From the NCBI RefSeq assembly GCF_009914755.1, contig NC_060927.1: a stretch of DNA of 64,000 nt. One strand, written 5' to 3'. Each line of letters opens with the position of its first letter. The first letter of the stretch is position 1. The stretch comes from the human T2T-CHM13v2.0 reference genome, Homo sapiens. Positions 15,804-30,790 of the stretch are shown piece after piece. Under the pieces are notes generated by a model. That model saw only the letters and a list, made by a program, of their open reading frames with translations. It was not told the DNA's origin and made no database searches. The translations under genes and the position numbers were made by a program.

Positions 15804-16914
15804 TATGCATAGAGCTTGACCCTTGATTTTGAGTGAGACAGGAGCTACCTGTTGACGCATGATTCAAACTCCTTTCATCACGGTGTCTGAAGAATAATAA
15901 AAAGTGGAGCTGAGACTGACGTAACTAGATGATAATGGATGGGGGTGGTGAGAAAAGTATGAATGCTATGACCAGATTACCCAGATTTGTAGCTAAATCT
16001 GGGATGTTACTTTCTTAAAAAGTGCATCCAGCATCATGTAGAAGCACTAAAATTTAGGTAAGTCAGCAGGTCAGAAAAAAAGCAGTACATGCTTTTTTTC
16101 AACTGCTGTTATAAAAACATAGTAAATAAATACTGTTGAATCCAAAACATAAACAGCTTTAAAAAATTATTCTAATGCTTTAGCAAAGGTAATGCTTTTA
16201 TTTTATTATGAGCTGCCCACGTGTACTTCTCAGGTTGTGAATCATTTGAGCAATTTTTCAGTTAAGGAACATTTTGTTCTAGAATGAAAATAATATCAAA
16301 TGCCCCTCAGTAGTGTGGGGTTAGCATAAACATGGAATGACAGGCAGTTTAATATAAAACCAGAATAATGACATCATCTTACAGTACATTGAAGCTGCTA
16401 TATGATTTCTTATGCATAGCATTTTGGTTTTCATGAGCATAATTTCAGGGACCATATTTTGATGAGTCACAGTCTTGTTTACAGTGCTAACATTTTGTTC
16501 TCTCTTGTAACTATGATAGGAGTCTGAAGAGATTTTCAACTCATTCACTGAAGCTGCTACTTACTGTCTGCTGCTGATACTCTTTGCAAAAAGGATTATA
16601 GATAGCTCTGGATTTCAGAATCTTAGATATTTCCTAACCAGAGTGCAAGGACCTAAAAGCCCTTAATCGAGTTTCTAATCACAAGCAAGATGGTCCTACA
16701 TTAAGGGCCCTTTGAGAGTAGCATTCATGTCATTGTATCTTTGTCCCATATCAAATAGGTTTCTTATTTTAGCACCAAAGGCAATTCTTTCCTTGTAGAC
16801 TGAAGAGAAGCCCTAACCAGTCAGTTAAGGAATAGAACACAGTAGCTACCATTTTATTCTCTCTCCCACAGGACTCTGGAACCTATTTTATTTTGATGAA
16901 CAGCTATATATTGA

Positions 16915-17090
16915 ATGCCATTTTACTAGTGTTAGTTCATTTCATCCTCATAACAACCTTGTGACGTAGTTACTATTGTTATCTCAATGTACAGAGGAGA
17001 AAATGAGACACTGAGTGGGACTCAGGGATTGCTCCAGGCCACACAGTCAGCAGGAGGCAAAGCCCAGATTCAAATGCAGATTACTCAGCT
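16915..17090 (-). mobile_element. MIR SINE
   Basis: 'tcatttcatcctcataacaaccttgtga...tacagaggagaaaatgagacactgag...ccaggccacacagtcagc'. Confidence 0.75.
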
Positions 17091-17650
17091 CCACAATCCA
17101 CATCCTCACAGGAGGCTGCACTCCTTGCCCAAGCGTCAGACAGGAGCAAAGAGAAAGAAGGCAACCAGCTGGCTACTTTCTTCCCTTCTTGGATGCCTCC
17201 AACAGGGTGAGAAGGACTAAACAAATGACCAAGTGTCATCCCATTTTGGACATACTTAAAACACCCCATGGAATTTTTATTCTGACTTTCTTCTGCCTGT
17301 GTGGCATTTATGTTTAAATAAAAGAGAATTCAACTCGTATGTCTGATATCTTCATGACTAGTTTGCCAGGGATAGTCCCCATGTACACTTTGTTGTATCG
17401 TTGACCTGTTCAGTTTAGCATTTGCTCAGGGATTTCCATTTTTAACCTAGTGCTATTAGCAACAGTTGTGTTAAACATGCTAAGATGGGTCTGGTGAACT
17501 TTGACTTTTCGAGCTTCAGTCTGGTCTCAGCAAGGAGTAACTGAGATTTTGTGCAGTGAGCAGAGTTCCGACTTTAACACATGGTTAAATCTGATTGACT
17601 TCCAACCCTCTCTAAACACAAAGTAACTAACAGCAACTTCCCAAGTACAT

Positions 17651-17994
17651 TGCTACAAGCTGAATATTTATGTTCCCTCCAACATTCAGATGCTGAACTC
17701 CTTACCCCAGTGTGAGGGTATTTGGAGGTGGGACCTTTGGGAGATTCGGTCTTCATAAATGGGATTAGTGCCCTTATAAAAGAAATCACAGAGAGCTTCC
17801 TCTCTCCTTCTACCATGTAAGGATGCAGCAAGAAGACACCATGAACCAGGAAGTACGTCCTCACCGGACATAGATTCTGCCAGTTCCTTGATCTTGACTT
17901 CCCAGCCTCCAGAACTACGAGAAATACATGTCTGCTGTTTATAAGTTGCCCAGATTTTGATATGTTGTTATTGTAGCCTGAACAAACTAAGACA
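17651..17994 (+). mobile_element. MLT1A-type MaLR solo LTR
   Basis: 'tgctacaagctgaatatttatgttccctcc...gggattagtgcccttataaaaga...ccagcctccagaact...aactaagaca'. Confidence 0.85.
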
Positions 17995-18011
17995 GACATC
18001 ATGCAGGACTC

Positions 18012-18979
<968 letters not shown>

Positions 18980-19859
18980 TCTTTATTTTAAAGCAATGGA
19001 ATTTTTAAAATTATGATTATATCTTGCTATTTTATTTTTAAATAGTTTTTGAATAGAATTTATATGTTTACAAATAAAAGACAATCAATTTAGCAATCAG
19101 TTATTACTTCAAGAATTATGTAATTATAATTATAAGCATGCCATTTTATTCTCAAATTTTTATATGGTCACCCTATGTGGGGAGGAAATCCATTACACTG
19201 TAAGACAGCCCTTCTCATCCATGGTTAGAAGCTACAATTACTAGAAAGTTCTTCCTCACACTTATTCAAAATTTCCTTTCTAATAAACTTTTTAAAATTT
19301 AATTCTGCCTTCTGTACCTACATAAATTCAATTCCAGAACCTCTTCCCCAGTAGAAATATTTTAAAATATTATCTTCTGTTTCTTGTCTACCCAAGCAGA
19401 TTTGTAATATTTATAATCCCTGTATATCTACTTTTTCCTACCTTTTTTTGGTAAAAGCTTTTGGAATGTTTAGTCATATAACAAATAAACATTTGTGCCT
19501 GCTTTGAGTAGGCAGCAAGAGGTACTTCTTTTTTAAAATCACTTATTTTTTTCTCCATGGTGATGGTAGTATTCTCATTTTTTCACCCTAGTGATTATTT
19601 CTTGCAGAGACAGTGAATACTTAAAAAATTTTAATGGAAGGAATAAAAATATTCCTTCAGCGAAAAGAAATAATAGCAAGATACTGAGATGAAGATTTCA
19701 ATATACCAATTACAGAAAATTGGCATAGGCTTCTTAAAAGGGCACAGGTTTTCAGTTTAGCTCCACCTCATATGGTTTTGTGAGGGTTAAATAAAACAAT
19801 ATGAAGAAAACAGAACAGATTGGAAATACTATGTATACATTAACTCTTTTAAAATAATT

Positions 19860-20730
19860 CATCTTTTTAGATCTTCTTTCTGACCAAAAATAAAAAGGGA
19901 AAAATATTAAACAGTTGACTCTTACAAATATACGGGGAAATTGAGAGAAATTTAAAATTTTTAAGAGACTACAACGTATATCCTATGATAATAAATTTGA
20001 AAACCCAGATTAAACACATAAACACTAAGAAACCAAAAATTACCAAACTAATTCAAGAGGAGGTAAGAAATCTGAACTGATCCTTAGATCCAAATAGGCA
20101 GAAAGTAGGAGCATAGTATACTGCCCACCAAGGTAATTACTCCTGCATGGACTACCTCACCGAGTTATTGGATAGAGCCGTTCAGCACATAGATGTGGAG
20201 TCGTTGAATGAATCAAATTGGTAAGAAAAAAATAGAAAGATTTTTCACCCAGAAGGGCAAGAGTACTAGATGATTTTAGAGAAAGGCTCCATCAAACACT
20301 TCTGAAACAAGGAATTCTTATTTGCTCTTTAAACCAATTCCAAGCTCTATTTGAGCTATCCTAATGAAACTTGAAATAGCACCTATAAATATAGATGCCA
20401 AAATCCTAAATAAAATGTTATAAAATTATTCCAGAAGTGTAATAAAGAAATATGAAAGCAAGTTTGTTTTATATCAGTAACACAAGAGCAGTTCAATATT
20501 AAGACATTTATTAAAGCTGAAAATCACATGATTATATCAAGAGATACAGAAAAGACACTTAATAAAATTCAACTACATTCCTGACAAAAATCTCTTAGGA
20601 AATGAAAATTGGAAAACATTCCCATAATGTGATTTTTTAAAGTATTTATCATAAACCAGCAGTAAACATTATTTTAAACACTGAAAGACACATTCTCTTA
20701 AATACAGGAATAAAACAAGGATGCCCTCTT
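19860..20730 (+). mobile_element. Old LINE-1 ORF2 fragment (L1M)
   Basis: 'aatatagatgccaaaatcctaaataaaat', 'aatcacatgattatatcaagagatacagaaaagacacttaataaaattcaac', 'caggaataaaacaaggatgccctct' (RT region). Confidence 0.8.
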
Positions 20731-21947
20731 TTTATTTTAAATGGTTTTTACCTAGACTGAAAATCCCTTCAAGGTTGGTACAAGACCTTATTTGTGTTTA
20801 TATCCCCACTTTTAAAGTATTTTGTAAATGGTATTCTTGTGCTCTATGATCTTTTAGTGAGTGCAAGAATCAAATTATTCAGTAGGCTAATTAACTGAAA
20901 TCAACTAGTAAAAATTATAATTTCCATGTAAATTTATAAGGAGGAATTTCTCAGGAACCCCAGTTCAATATAAACTGAGAATGATGCACTCCATAATTTC
21001 TTTAATCAGCTGAAATCTTTAGTCTGTCATTCATTCCACCTTCTATAAAAATACTATTTGGTCATTTATCACAACTTTGCAGCAGTCCTCCAGATATGAT
21101 CTTTGATTGGCTCTTCCTGATGTAAACCTTGTACTTGGAAACTTGCTTCTGTTTGTATCCTTTTCTTCCCTTGTCACTTTCTGCTTGAGTCTAGTAAGCC
21201 AAAGTCAATAGAAAGAGGATAGACCAGTCAGCCCTAAGAACTGACAAGTCCAGAAGTTCTTGTCAGATCAATTTCCTTTGGACAAAGTTTGTCCTGTGTC
21301 ACCTTGCAACACCTTATTAGGATCTTCCTCAGTCTTGTCTTTGTATCCTGAGAACTGCTTTATTTGGTTTTGCTGCTCAGAAGGGGAAGGTTCTCTGGAT
21401 CCCAACTGGTGATAAATAATCTTTGGTCAGTTTCTAGAGATCAGAGGTTTGCACAAGCATCATTCTTACTAACCCCTGCAATCCTAATAGGATCTTCTCA
21501 TTCTGTTTGCCTACCAGGTAGAATACCTCCTCCCTTCCTGTTTTATTTCATGTGCATTTCTCTCTAACTGGCATAATTCCACCAGGGACACTTTGATATT
21601 TAGTGACCATTTGGGGAAAATTTTGACATGAATAAGATTATTCATTTGAGAGGTACATTCAAAGAAAAAAGGAAGAAACCCTCATGAGGAGATTCTCTGT
21701 CTTGTCAATCTAAAAGAGAGATAACTTCCATAAAGAAGGAGAAAACTTATCTTTGCTTTTGTACTTCAGGGACTTAAGAAGTATCATTTTAAGTTATAAA
21801 TTTGATAGAATTGTCAAGGGCCTGAGTTACTGTTTAAACTGGCTTATTTCCTCTCACATGCTCTCTCTCTCCTCTCACCTAATCCTGTGTATGTGCACAT
21901 ATACGTGTGTGAAAAATGAGTTTTCCTACATCTATGTCTTTGCCCTC

Positions 21948-22739
21948 TCTTATGGCCTGAATATTTGTGTCTCCCCAAAATTCATGTGTTGAAATCCTAA
22001 CCCTCTATGTGATGATATTAGGAGGTGGGACCTTTAGGAAGTGATTAGGTTATGAGGGTGGAGCACCCATGAACGGAGTTAGTGCCCTCATAAAAAAGAC
22101 TCCAGAGAGCTACTTTATTCCTTTTCCACTATTTGAGGATGGAGCAAAAAGGTGCCATCTATGAACCAGGAAGCAGACCCTCACAGTGTTAGGTTTTGAA
22201 GGGAAGGCAAAGGTTAAAGAAAGACACAGAGAGAGAGAGTGGTGCCTCTACAGCAAATCCAGGCTCTATGTCCAGCATAAGACCTGCAGAGGTGGGGGAC
22301 CAGCTTAATGCCATTGCCCGCCACTGCTTACAGGCTGGAGCAATTATAGGCCTGGGCAGGAGGGGTCTGGGGAACACGGCCTGCTGCCTGGAAAAATGTC
22401 AATAATATGTTCTCTTGATGAGGCAGTTTGGCCCTTATTCCGGCAGAATATGATGTTCCTCGCACTTTCTCTCAGGAGAATATGATAAGAAAGTCCAGTG
22501 GCTGGGCAGGCTGTTTCTCATGGCCTGAATCCCCATGGAATGTTTTACTTTGACCAAGGTCTGGGAAATGGCGAGGGACTTACAAAATTGTGCAGTTTGG
22601 ACTAACACACAGGACATCAAATCTTTTGACAATTTTATTTTGGACTTTCCAGTCTCCAGAACAGTGAGAAATAAACATCTGTTGTTTAAGCGATCTAGTC
22701 TATGGTATTCTATCATAGTAGCTTGAATGGATTAAAACA
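21948..22739 (+). mobile_element. MLT1A-type MaLR LTR split by an ERV1 LTR
   Basis: 5' half 21948-22186 ('tatggcctgaatatttgtgtctccccaaaattcatgtgttgaaatcc') and 3' half 22613-22739 ('ggactttccagtctccagaacagtgagaaataaa'). Confidence 0.85.
22187..22607 (-). mobile_element. ERV1 solo LTR (MER48-like)
   Basis: TG...CA termini; minus strand begins TGTTAGTCCAAACTGCACAATTTTGTAAG; 5-bp TSD CACAG at 22182-22186 and 22608-22612. Confidence 0.8.
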
Positions 22740-22742
22740 CCC

Positions 22743-23166
22743 TGTCATAGTCTGTTTTGTAATGCTATAAAGAATATCCAAGACTGTGTAATTAATTTAT
22801 AAAGAAAAAAGGTTTACTTGACTTATGATTCTGGTGGCTGGAAAGTTCAAGATTGCATCTGCATCTGGTGAGGGCCTCAGGCTGCTTCCACTCATGATGG
22901 AAGACAGAAGGGGAGCCAGGGTATACCGAGATCACATGGTGAGAGGGGAAGCCAGAGAGACATGGGGGAGGTGCCAGGCTCTTTTTAACAAACAGCTCTC
23001 AGGGGAACTAACACACTGAGAACTCACTCACCTCTGAAGAGAGGGCATTAATCTGTCCATCCACCCGCGTGACCCAAACACCTCCACCCACGTAAGCTCC
23101 ACTTCCAACATTGAGGATCAAATTTCAACATGAGGTTTGGAGGGGACAAACATTCAAACCATAGCA
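22743..23166 (-). mobile_element. MST-type MaLR solo LTR (MSTB-like)
   Basis: 'gcatctggtgagggcctcaggctgcttccactcatg' and end 'aaatttcaacatgaggtttggaggggacaaacattcaaaccatagca'. Confidence 0.85.
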
Positions 23167-23553
23167 CCCCTTCCTTGCAGAGGGGAGATAATGAGCCTTT
23201 ACAATGTTAATAATATATGTATCTGATGCCAGCTATTTGTATTTTTTTGTTTTTGTTTTTTCTTCCTTTCTTTCTCCTTTTCCCTACTCTTAGGAAACTT
23301 TGGAGATTCACTGATTATTTAAAAATGGTTCCATACTAATGTACACACTCTAAGAGCATCTACTCCAGATAAATAGTCAAGAAAGTCAAAAAGAAAGAGA
23401 AATATTAAACTGTGTTTCTTTTGTATGTTTTCCCAGATAAAACACTAACTCAGAGAAGAAATTTAACTGCAAATTTGGTTAATGACCATGGATTCCTAAT
23501 GAGAAGAAAAGCTAGACACTGAGAGTTTAGAATAAACTCAAGAATCTTAAAAA

Positions 23554-23625
23554 TTTTCCCATGGAACTGCCTTTGCACCTCTATAAAAAATTAATTGACC
23601 ATATGGTAAGTAACATGTGAGTTTA
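23554..23625 (+). repeat. 72-bp direct copy of L1 sequence at 25633-25704
   Basis: 3 mismatches in 72 bp; both copies translate on the minus strand to ..YLPYGQLIFYRGAKA.. in the ORF track. Confidence 0.93.
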
Positions 23626-26600
23626 CATTGAGGATAGATGAGCCTTTGGACAAAATTAGAGTGATTTAATTTTACAATAAAAACAACTCTATGTCTTTTT
23701 CTTGGTTCTGTCATCATGTAAAAAATAATGCTTGCAAAATTTTTTATTAACACAACACTTGGGCTTAATTTCCAATAATTTCTATTTTTAAAATGTCTTC
23801 CATTAGTGTCTTGGATCTTGGAAGATATAATTCTGTCTGGAAAATTTTTAAGACAAGATAAAATATATATATATATACACACACACATACATACATATAT
23901 ATGTGTATATATAAATAATTTAAATGAAATTGTCTTGACACATGTTTTTCAAAGAGTATAATCTTGTGAACTTTTCTAATACTACAAATCACAGGATTTA
24001 ATCTTCTGACTTAAATTGTACTTTCCAGATATTTAGTCACTCTAAGATGTTAAACTAATGTTAAATTGTTTTATTTAATGAATAATCTTTGGATATATAA
24101 TTTTTCTATAAGAAAAAACAGAAAACTTTGATTATTAGATATAATTTTAAATTTCTTTTACCTTTATACATAAAATCACTACAGATTAAGGAGATGTACA
24201 AATGTCCTTAAATTATATTAAATGCACTTACTTTGCCATCTTAAAATTTATTTAAGTAAAATAACATATATGCTCATAAAAATAGTTTTATTGATCTTGG
24301 TTACCTATCTTCTAGTTTTCTCTTGTGTCTGGAAAAATAAAAGTTGGTTAATTTTGTTAAAGGTGGTAATTAATAAAATCGACTATGCAGACATTTATAC
24401 ATTTACTTATACATAAAAATATATTTATGTACTTTAATCTCTATATTACTCTTCTAATTCAATTTTTAAAGTAAAGTTCCATTTTTCTGTATGGTTCTAT
24501 GAGTGTAACACATGCACAGATTCTTGTAAGCTTCATCACAAATAGGTTATAGAACAATTCCACACCTTCCCCAAAATGTCTCTTTTCCTGCTCAGTAGAT
24601 AGTCAAACTCTCCCCTCAGGCCTAAGCCTTGCAACCACTGATCTTCTTTCCCTCTATTTTTGCCGTTTTTAGAATGTCATACATATTTAGCCTTTTAAGA
24701 TTTACTTCTTTAACTTAGTAAATGCATTTGAGATTCAATCATGTTGTTGCATGTACCAATAATTTATTTCTTTTTATTGCTGAGAAGTATTTCATGGGTT
24801 GTTTATCCATTTACCCACTGAAGAACTTTTAGTCTGTTTCCATTTTTGGGCAATATGAATAATGTGGTTCTGTTATAAACATTCATGTCCAGGTTTTTGT
24901 GTGAATATAAGTTTTTATTTCTCTACAGTTAATACCTAGGAATCAGATTCCTGGGTTATATGATAAGTGTATGTTTAACTGCCAAACATTTCTAAAGTAG
25001 CTATTTCATTTTGCATTTCCACCAGCAATTTATAGGAGTTTCAATTGCTCCACATATTTGCCAGCATTGATATTGTCATTAAGAAAAGTCATTCTAATAG
25101 GTGGGTGGTGGTATCTCATTTTGGTTTTCATTTGGAGTTCCCTAATGACTAATGATGTTGAGCATATTTGATGCACTTATTTGACAATCATATTTTTTCT
25201 TTGATAAAGTGTCTCTTTAAATCTTTTGACTTTTTTTTCAATTGGGTTGTTTTATTATTGTTGAGTTTTGAGAATTCTTTGAATATTCTGAACTCAAGTT
25301 CTTTGTTGGATATATGATTTTCAAATTATTTCCTCCCTATCTGTGGCTTTTCACTCTCTTAAAAAAGAACACAGGGCAAATGTTTTAAATTTTTATGAGG
25401 TTCAATATATTGATTTTTCTTTTATGACTCTTGCTTTTGGTGTAATATCTAAGAACTCTTTGCCTAACCTGAGGTCACAATGATTTTCTCCTGTTTTCTT
25501 TTAAAATTTTTATATATTTACCTTTTATTTTTATGAGTTAAATTTTAGTACATGATGTCAGGTAAGAGTGGATGATCATTTTATTGGCATATGAATGTCC
25601 AATTGTTCTAGTACCATTTGTCAAGGCTATACTTTTCCCATTGAATTGCCTTTGCACCTCTATAAAAAATTAATTGACCATATGGTAAGTAAAATGTGAG
25701 TTTATGTCTAGAATCCAGATACTGATCCACTGGTACTGTTCTATTGATCCTTTTGCCAATACCACAAGATCTTGACAACTCTGACCTTATAGTGAATCTT
25801 AAAACTGGGTAGTGTGAGTTTTCCAACTTTGTTTTCATACAAAATAATTTTGGCCATTCTAGTTTCTTTGCACTTTCATGTAAATTTTAGAAAGAGTTTA
25901 TCTATATCCACCAAAAAATCCTCCTGGGATTTTAAATGGGAGTACATTAAATCTATAGGTAAAGTTGGAGAGAATTGGCATTTTGCCAATGTTGAGTTTT
26001 TCAACTATAAATACACTGTATTTCTACATTTATTGGGATTTTCGTTGATATTGTTCATCAGTGTTTAGAGACTTCTAGCAGATAGATCCTAAAAATATTT
26101 TGTTAGATTATACCTAGGTAAATTTTCAGTCTTTTGAAAAATGATCCTGATTTTAAAACTTTGATTTCTAGTTGTTCCTTGCTAGTGAATTAGTTCTTGG
26201 ATTTTTAAAATTAATTCTTTAGGATTTTCTGTGTAAACAATCATGCTCTCTGTTAATATGTATTATTTTATTTCTTCTTTTCTGATTTTATGCCTTTTTT
26301 TCCCTTAGCTTATTTCACCAACTAGAACTTCCAATAAAACATTGAATAGAAGTGATGAGAGTGGATATATTTGCCTTGTTCCTGATTTTAGATGATAAAC
26401 ATTTTGTCTTTCACTTTAGATATGATGTTAGTTCTAGGGGCTTTTTGAAGATGAGCATTATTATGTTGCAAAGGTTCCATCCTCCTTCTAGTTTGTGAGG
26501 AAATTTTTATCTTAAATGGACATTGAATTTTATCAAATGCCTTCCCTGCGTCTATTGATATGACCACATGGTTTTTCTTAAGTCTATTAGTATGGTGAAT

Positions 26601-26699
26601 TACACTGAAGATTTTTGAATGGTGAACCAGACTTGCATTCCCCCAAATAAACTCTACTTACTTATGATGTATGGTTGTTGAGGGTTTTTTAATATTATT

Positions 26700-28196
<1,497 letters not shown>

Positions 28197-29045
28197 ACAA
28201 AGATATAGAGTTTTTTTCAGGTAACTTTCTTATGTTGATTTTTTGATCAATTTATGGTCATAGACTATGGTTTGTATGATTTCATTTATTTTAATTTAAT
28301 AAATTTTTGGTGACTCAAAACATGGACTATCTTGGTGTATATTTCATGTGCACTTAAAAATATGTATTCTGTTGTTGATTAAAGTGTTCCATAATGATAA
28401 TTAGATTAAAGTCTTGGTAGTGTTGTTCCAGTCTTTTATATCCTTGGTGATTTTCTACATACTTTTTAAATAATTACTGAAAGAGGAAGGTTAAAGTCTA
28501 TAATTGTGGATTTGTCTATGTCTCTTTTCAGTTCTGTTACTGCCTGTATTAGGTAAAACAGAGCTTTTAAAGTTGTTATTAAATGCATACACAATTAAGA
28601 TAGTAATGTCTCATTGATGAATTGAGCCTTATATCATTGTTTAAAGTGCTTCTTTCTTCCTGGTAGTTTTCCATGTTCTGAAGCCTATTCTGTCTGATAT
28701 TAATATAAGCACTCCAGCTTTTTGTATTAGTGTTTGCATGGTATGTCATTTTTCAGGCTTTTGCTTTTAACCTATCTATATCATTATATTTCAAGTGGTG
28801 TTTTTGTAGACAGCATATAGTTATGTCCTGGTTTTATCATCAATGTGACAATCCCTGTTTTTAATACAAAAACTTTTACATTTAATGTAATTATTTATAT
28901 GGCTGGATTTAGGTCTATATATTATTATTAGTTGTTTAATAGCCCTTCTTTTTTCTTTTATTCTTCTGGTTCCCTTTTTGCCCTTTTTTATTTTCTCTTG
29001 GATTACATGAATTTTTTTATCTGTTGGTGTTTTACTATACCTCTT

Positions 29046-29048
<3 letters not shown>

Positions 29049-29080
<32 letters not shown>
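29049..29080. repeat. (CA)n microsatellite
   Basis: About 16 CA units. Confidence 0.95.
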
Positions 29081-29082
<2 letters not shown>

Positions 29083-29362
29083 ATAGTTATTCTAGGCATT
29101 ATAGTATACATACTTACCTTCTTTTGAATTATTACCTAAAATGTAAACTGAGAGTCAATATTTTACCCTTTCAGACAAACTATTGAAACTTTACAATCCA
29201 TAACTACTTTTACCTCCCCCATATTGTAGTTGTGACATATATTACATCTAATGCATAGAAAAAATTGCATAGAAAATTCCATCTCACAATGTTATAATTT
29301 TCAATTTCAATAGAAATATATATAGAGAGATGGTGGTTAGATATAGATGTATTTTAAATACG

Positions 29363-29712
29363 TGCTATGAACTACATATGTGTTCATATGTAGGGAATTC
29401 GTATGCTGAAATCCTAATCCCCAAGGCAATGGTATTAAGAGATGGAGCCTTTGGGGAGTTAATTAGGCATGAGGGCTAATGGGATTAGTGCCCTTATGAA
29501 AGAGGTCATAGGGAGCTGCCTTGCCCCTTCCATCATGTGAGGATACAGAGGTACAGTGCTGCCTATGAGGGATGGGTCCTCACTGGATGCCAGCTATGCG
29601 AGCACTTTAATATTGGACTTCCAGGCCTTCAGAATTGAGAAATAAATTTCTGTTGTTTATAAGCTACCCAGTCTATGGTATTTTGTTATAGCAGCCAAAA
29701 TGGACTAAGAGT
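29363..29712 (+). mobile_element. MLT1A-type MaLR solo LTR
   Basis: 'gctgaaatcctaatccccaagg...gggattagtgcccttat...aataaatttctgttgtttataagctacccagtctatggtattttgttatagcagcc'. Confidence 0.85.
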
Positions 29713-29749
29713 ACATAAAATCCCAAAAGTAACCTATAGACTTACTATG

Positions 29750-30190
29750 GGTAATGGATTACATGCTGTCCCCCTCAAAATATGTCCCTGTCCTAACCCC
29801 TGATATGGGTGAACGTGACCTTCTTTGGAAAAGGGGTCCTTGAAGATATAAATAAGTTAAGGATCTCAAGATGAGGTCATCCTGGACTGCCCAAATGGGT
29901 CCTAAATTCAATGATAAGTGTCCTTATAAGAGACAGAAAAGAAAACACAGCCATGAAGAGAAGGCAGCAATGTGACCACAGAAACTAGAATGATGCAGTC
30001 AAGGAAGCCAAGGAACGCTGACAGTCCCAGAAGCTGGAGGAGGCAAGGAAGGATTCTTCCCCCGAGCTTTGGAGACTGCACAGTCCTGCCACACCTTCTG
30101 GCTTTCAGAACTGTGAAGGGATAAATTTCTGTTGTTTTAAGCCACCAATTATGTGGTAATTGATTATGGCAGTTCTAGGAAAATAATACA
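29750..30190 (+). mobile_element. MLT1C/D-type MaLR solo LTR
   Basis: 'gaacgtgaccttctttggaaaaggggtc...agaagctggaggaggcaaggaaggattc...ataaatttctgttgttttaagccacc'. Confidence 0.85.
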
Positions 30191-30494
30191 GATATCATTT
30201 CAGTTGCTTTTCCTTAACTCATAAAGTTCCTATTTTTACTCTGTTATAATTCCTTCCACCTGAAGAACTTCTTTTAGCATTTCTTTTAAGGCAGGATCTT
30301 ATAGCAATAAACTCTCTGTTTTCCTTCATGTGAGAATGTATTATTTGCCTTCACTCCTGAAGAATTTTTTCACTGGCAATAGAATTTGGGGTTGACAGTT
30401 TTTTTTCTTTAAGCACTTGAAAAATGTTATTACACTATCTTCTAATCTCCATAGTTTCTGATGAGAAATCTTCAATTATTCAAATCACTGACAC

Positions 30495-30790
30495 TTTTCT
30501 TTTTCTTTATCTTATTTTTTTTTTCTTAGAGACAGGATCTCACTCTGTTCAGGCTGGAGTGCCGTGGAGCAATCATAGCTGACTGCAGCCTCAAACTCCC
30601 GGACTCAAGCCTTCTTGCCTCAGCCTCCTGAATAGCCGGGACTTCAGAAGGGCACTGCCATGCCTGGCTATTAAAAAAAAAATGTAAAGATGGAGTCTCA
30701 CTTTGTTGCCCAGGCTGGCCTAGCTTTAAGTGATCCTCCTGCCTCAGCCTCCCAGAATGCTGGGATTATGAGCTGAGCCACCATGCCCAG
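30495..30790 (-). mobile_element. AluJ-type SINE
   Basis: Diverged reverse Alu; flanking ACTGACA(C/T)TTTTC repeat. Confidence 0.9.

Noticed and set aside
17180-17340. AATAAA near 17317 as a possible transcript 3' end
   Set aside because: The hexamer alone is uninformative in AT-rich DNA; no supporting exon structure is visible.
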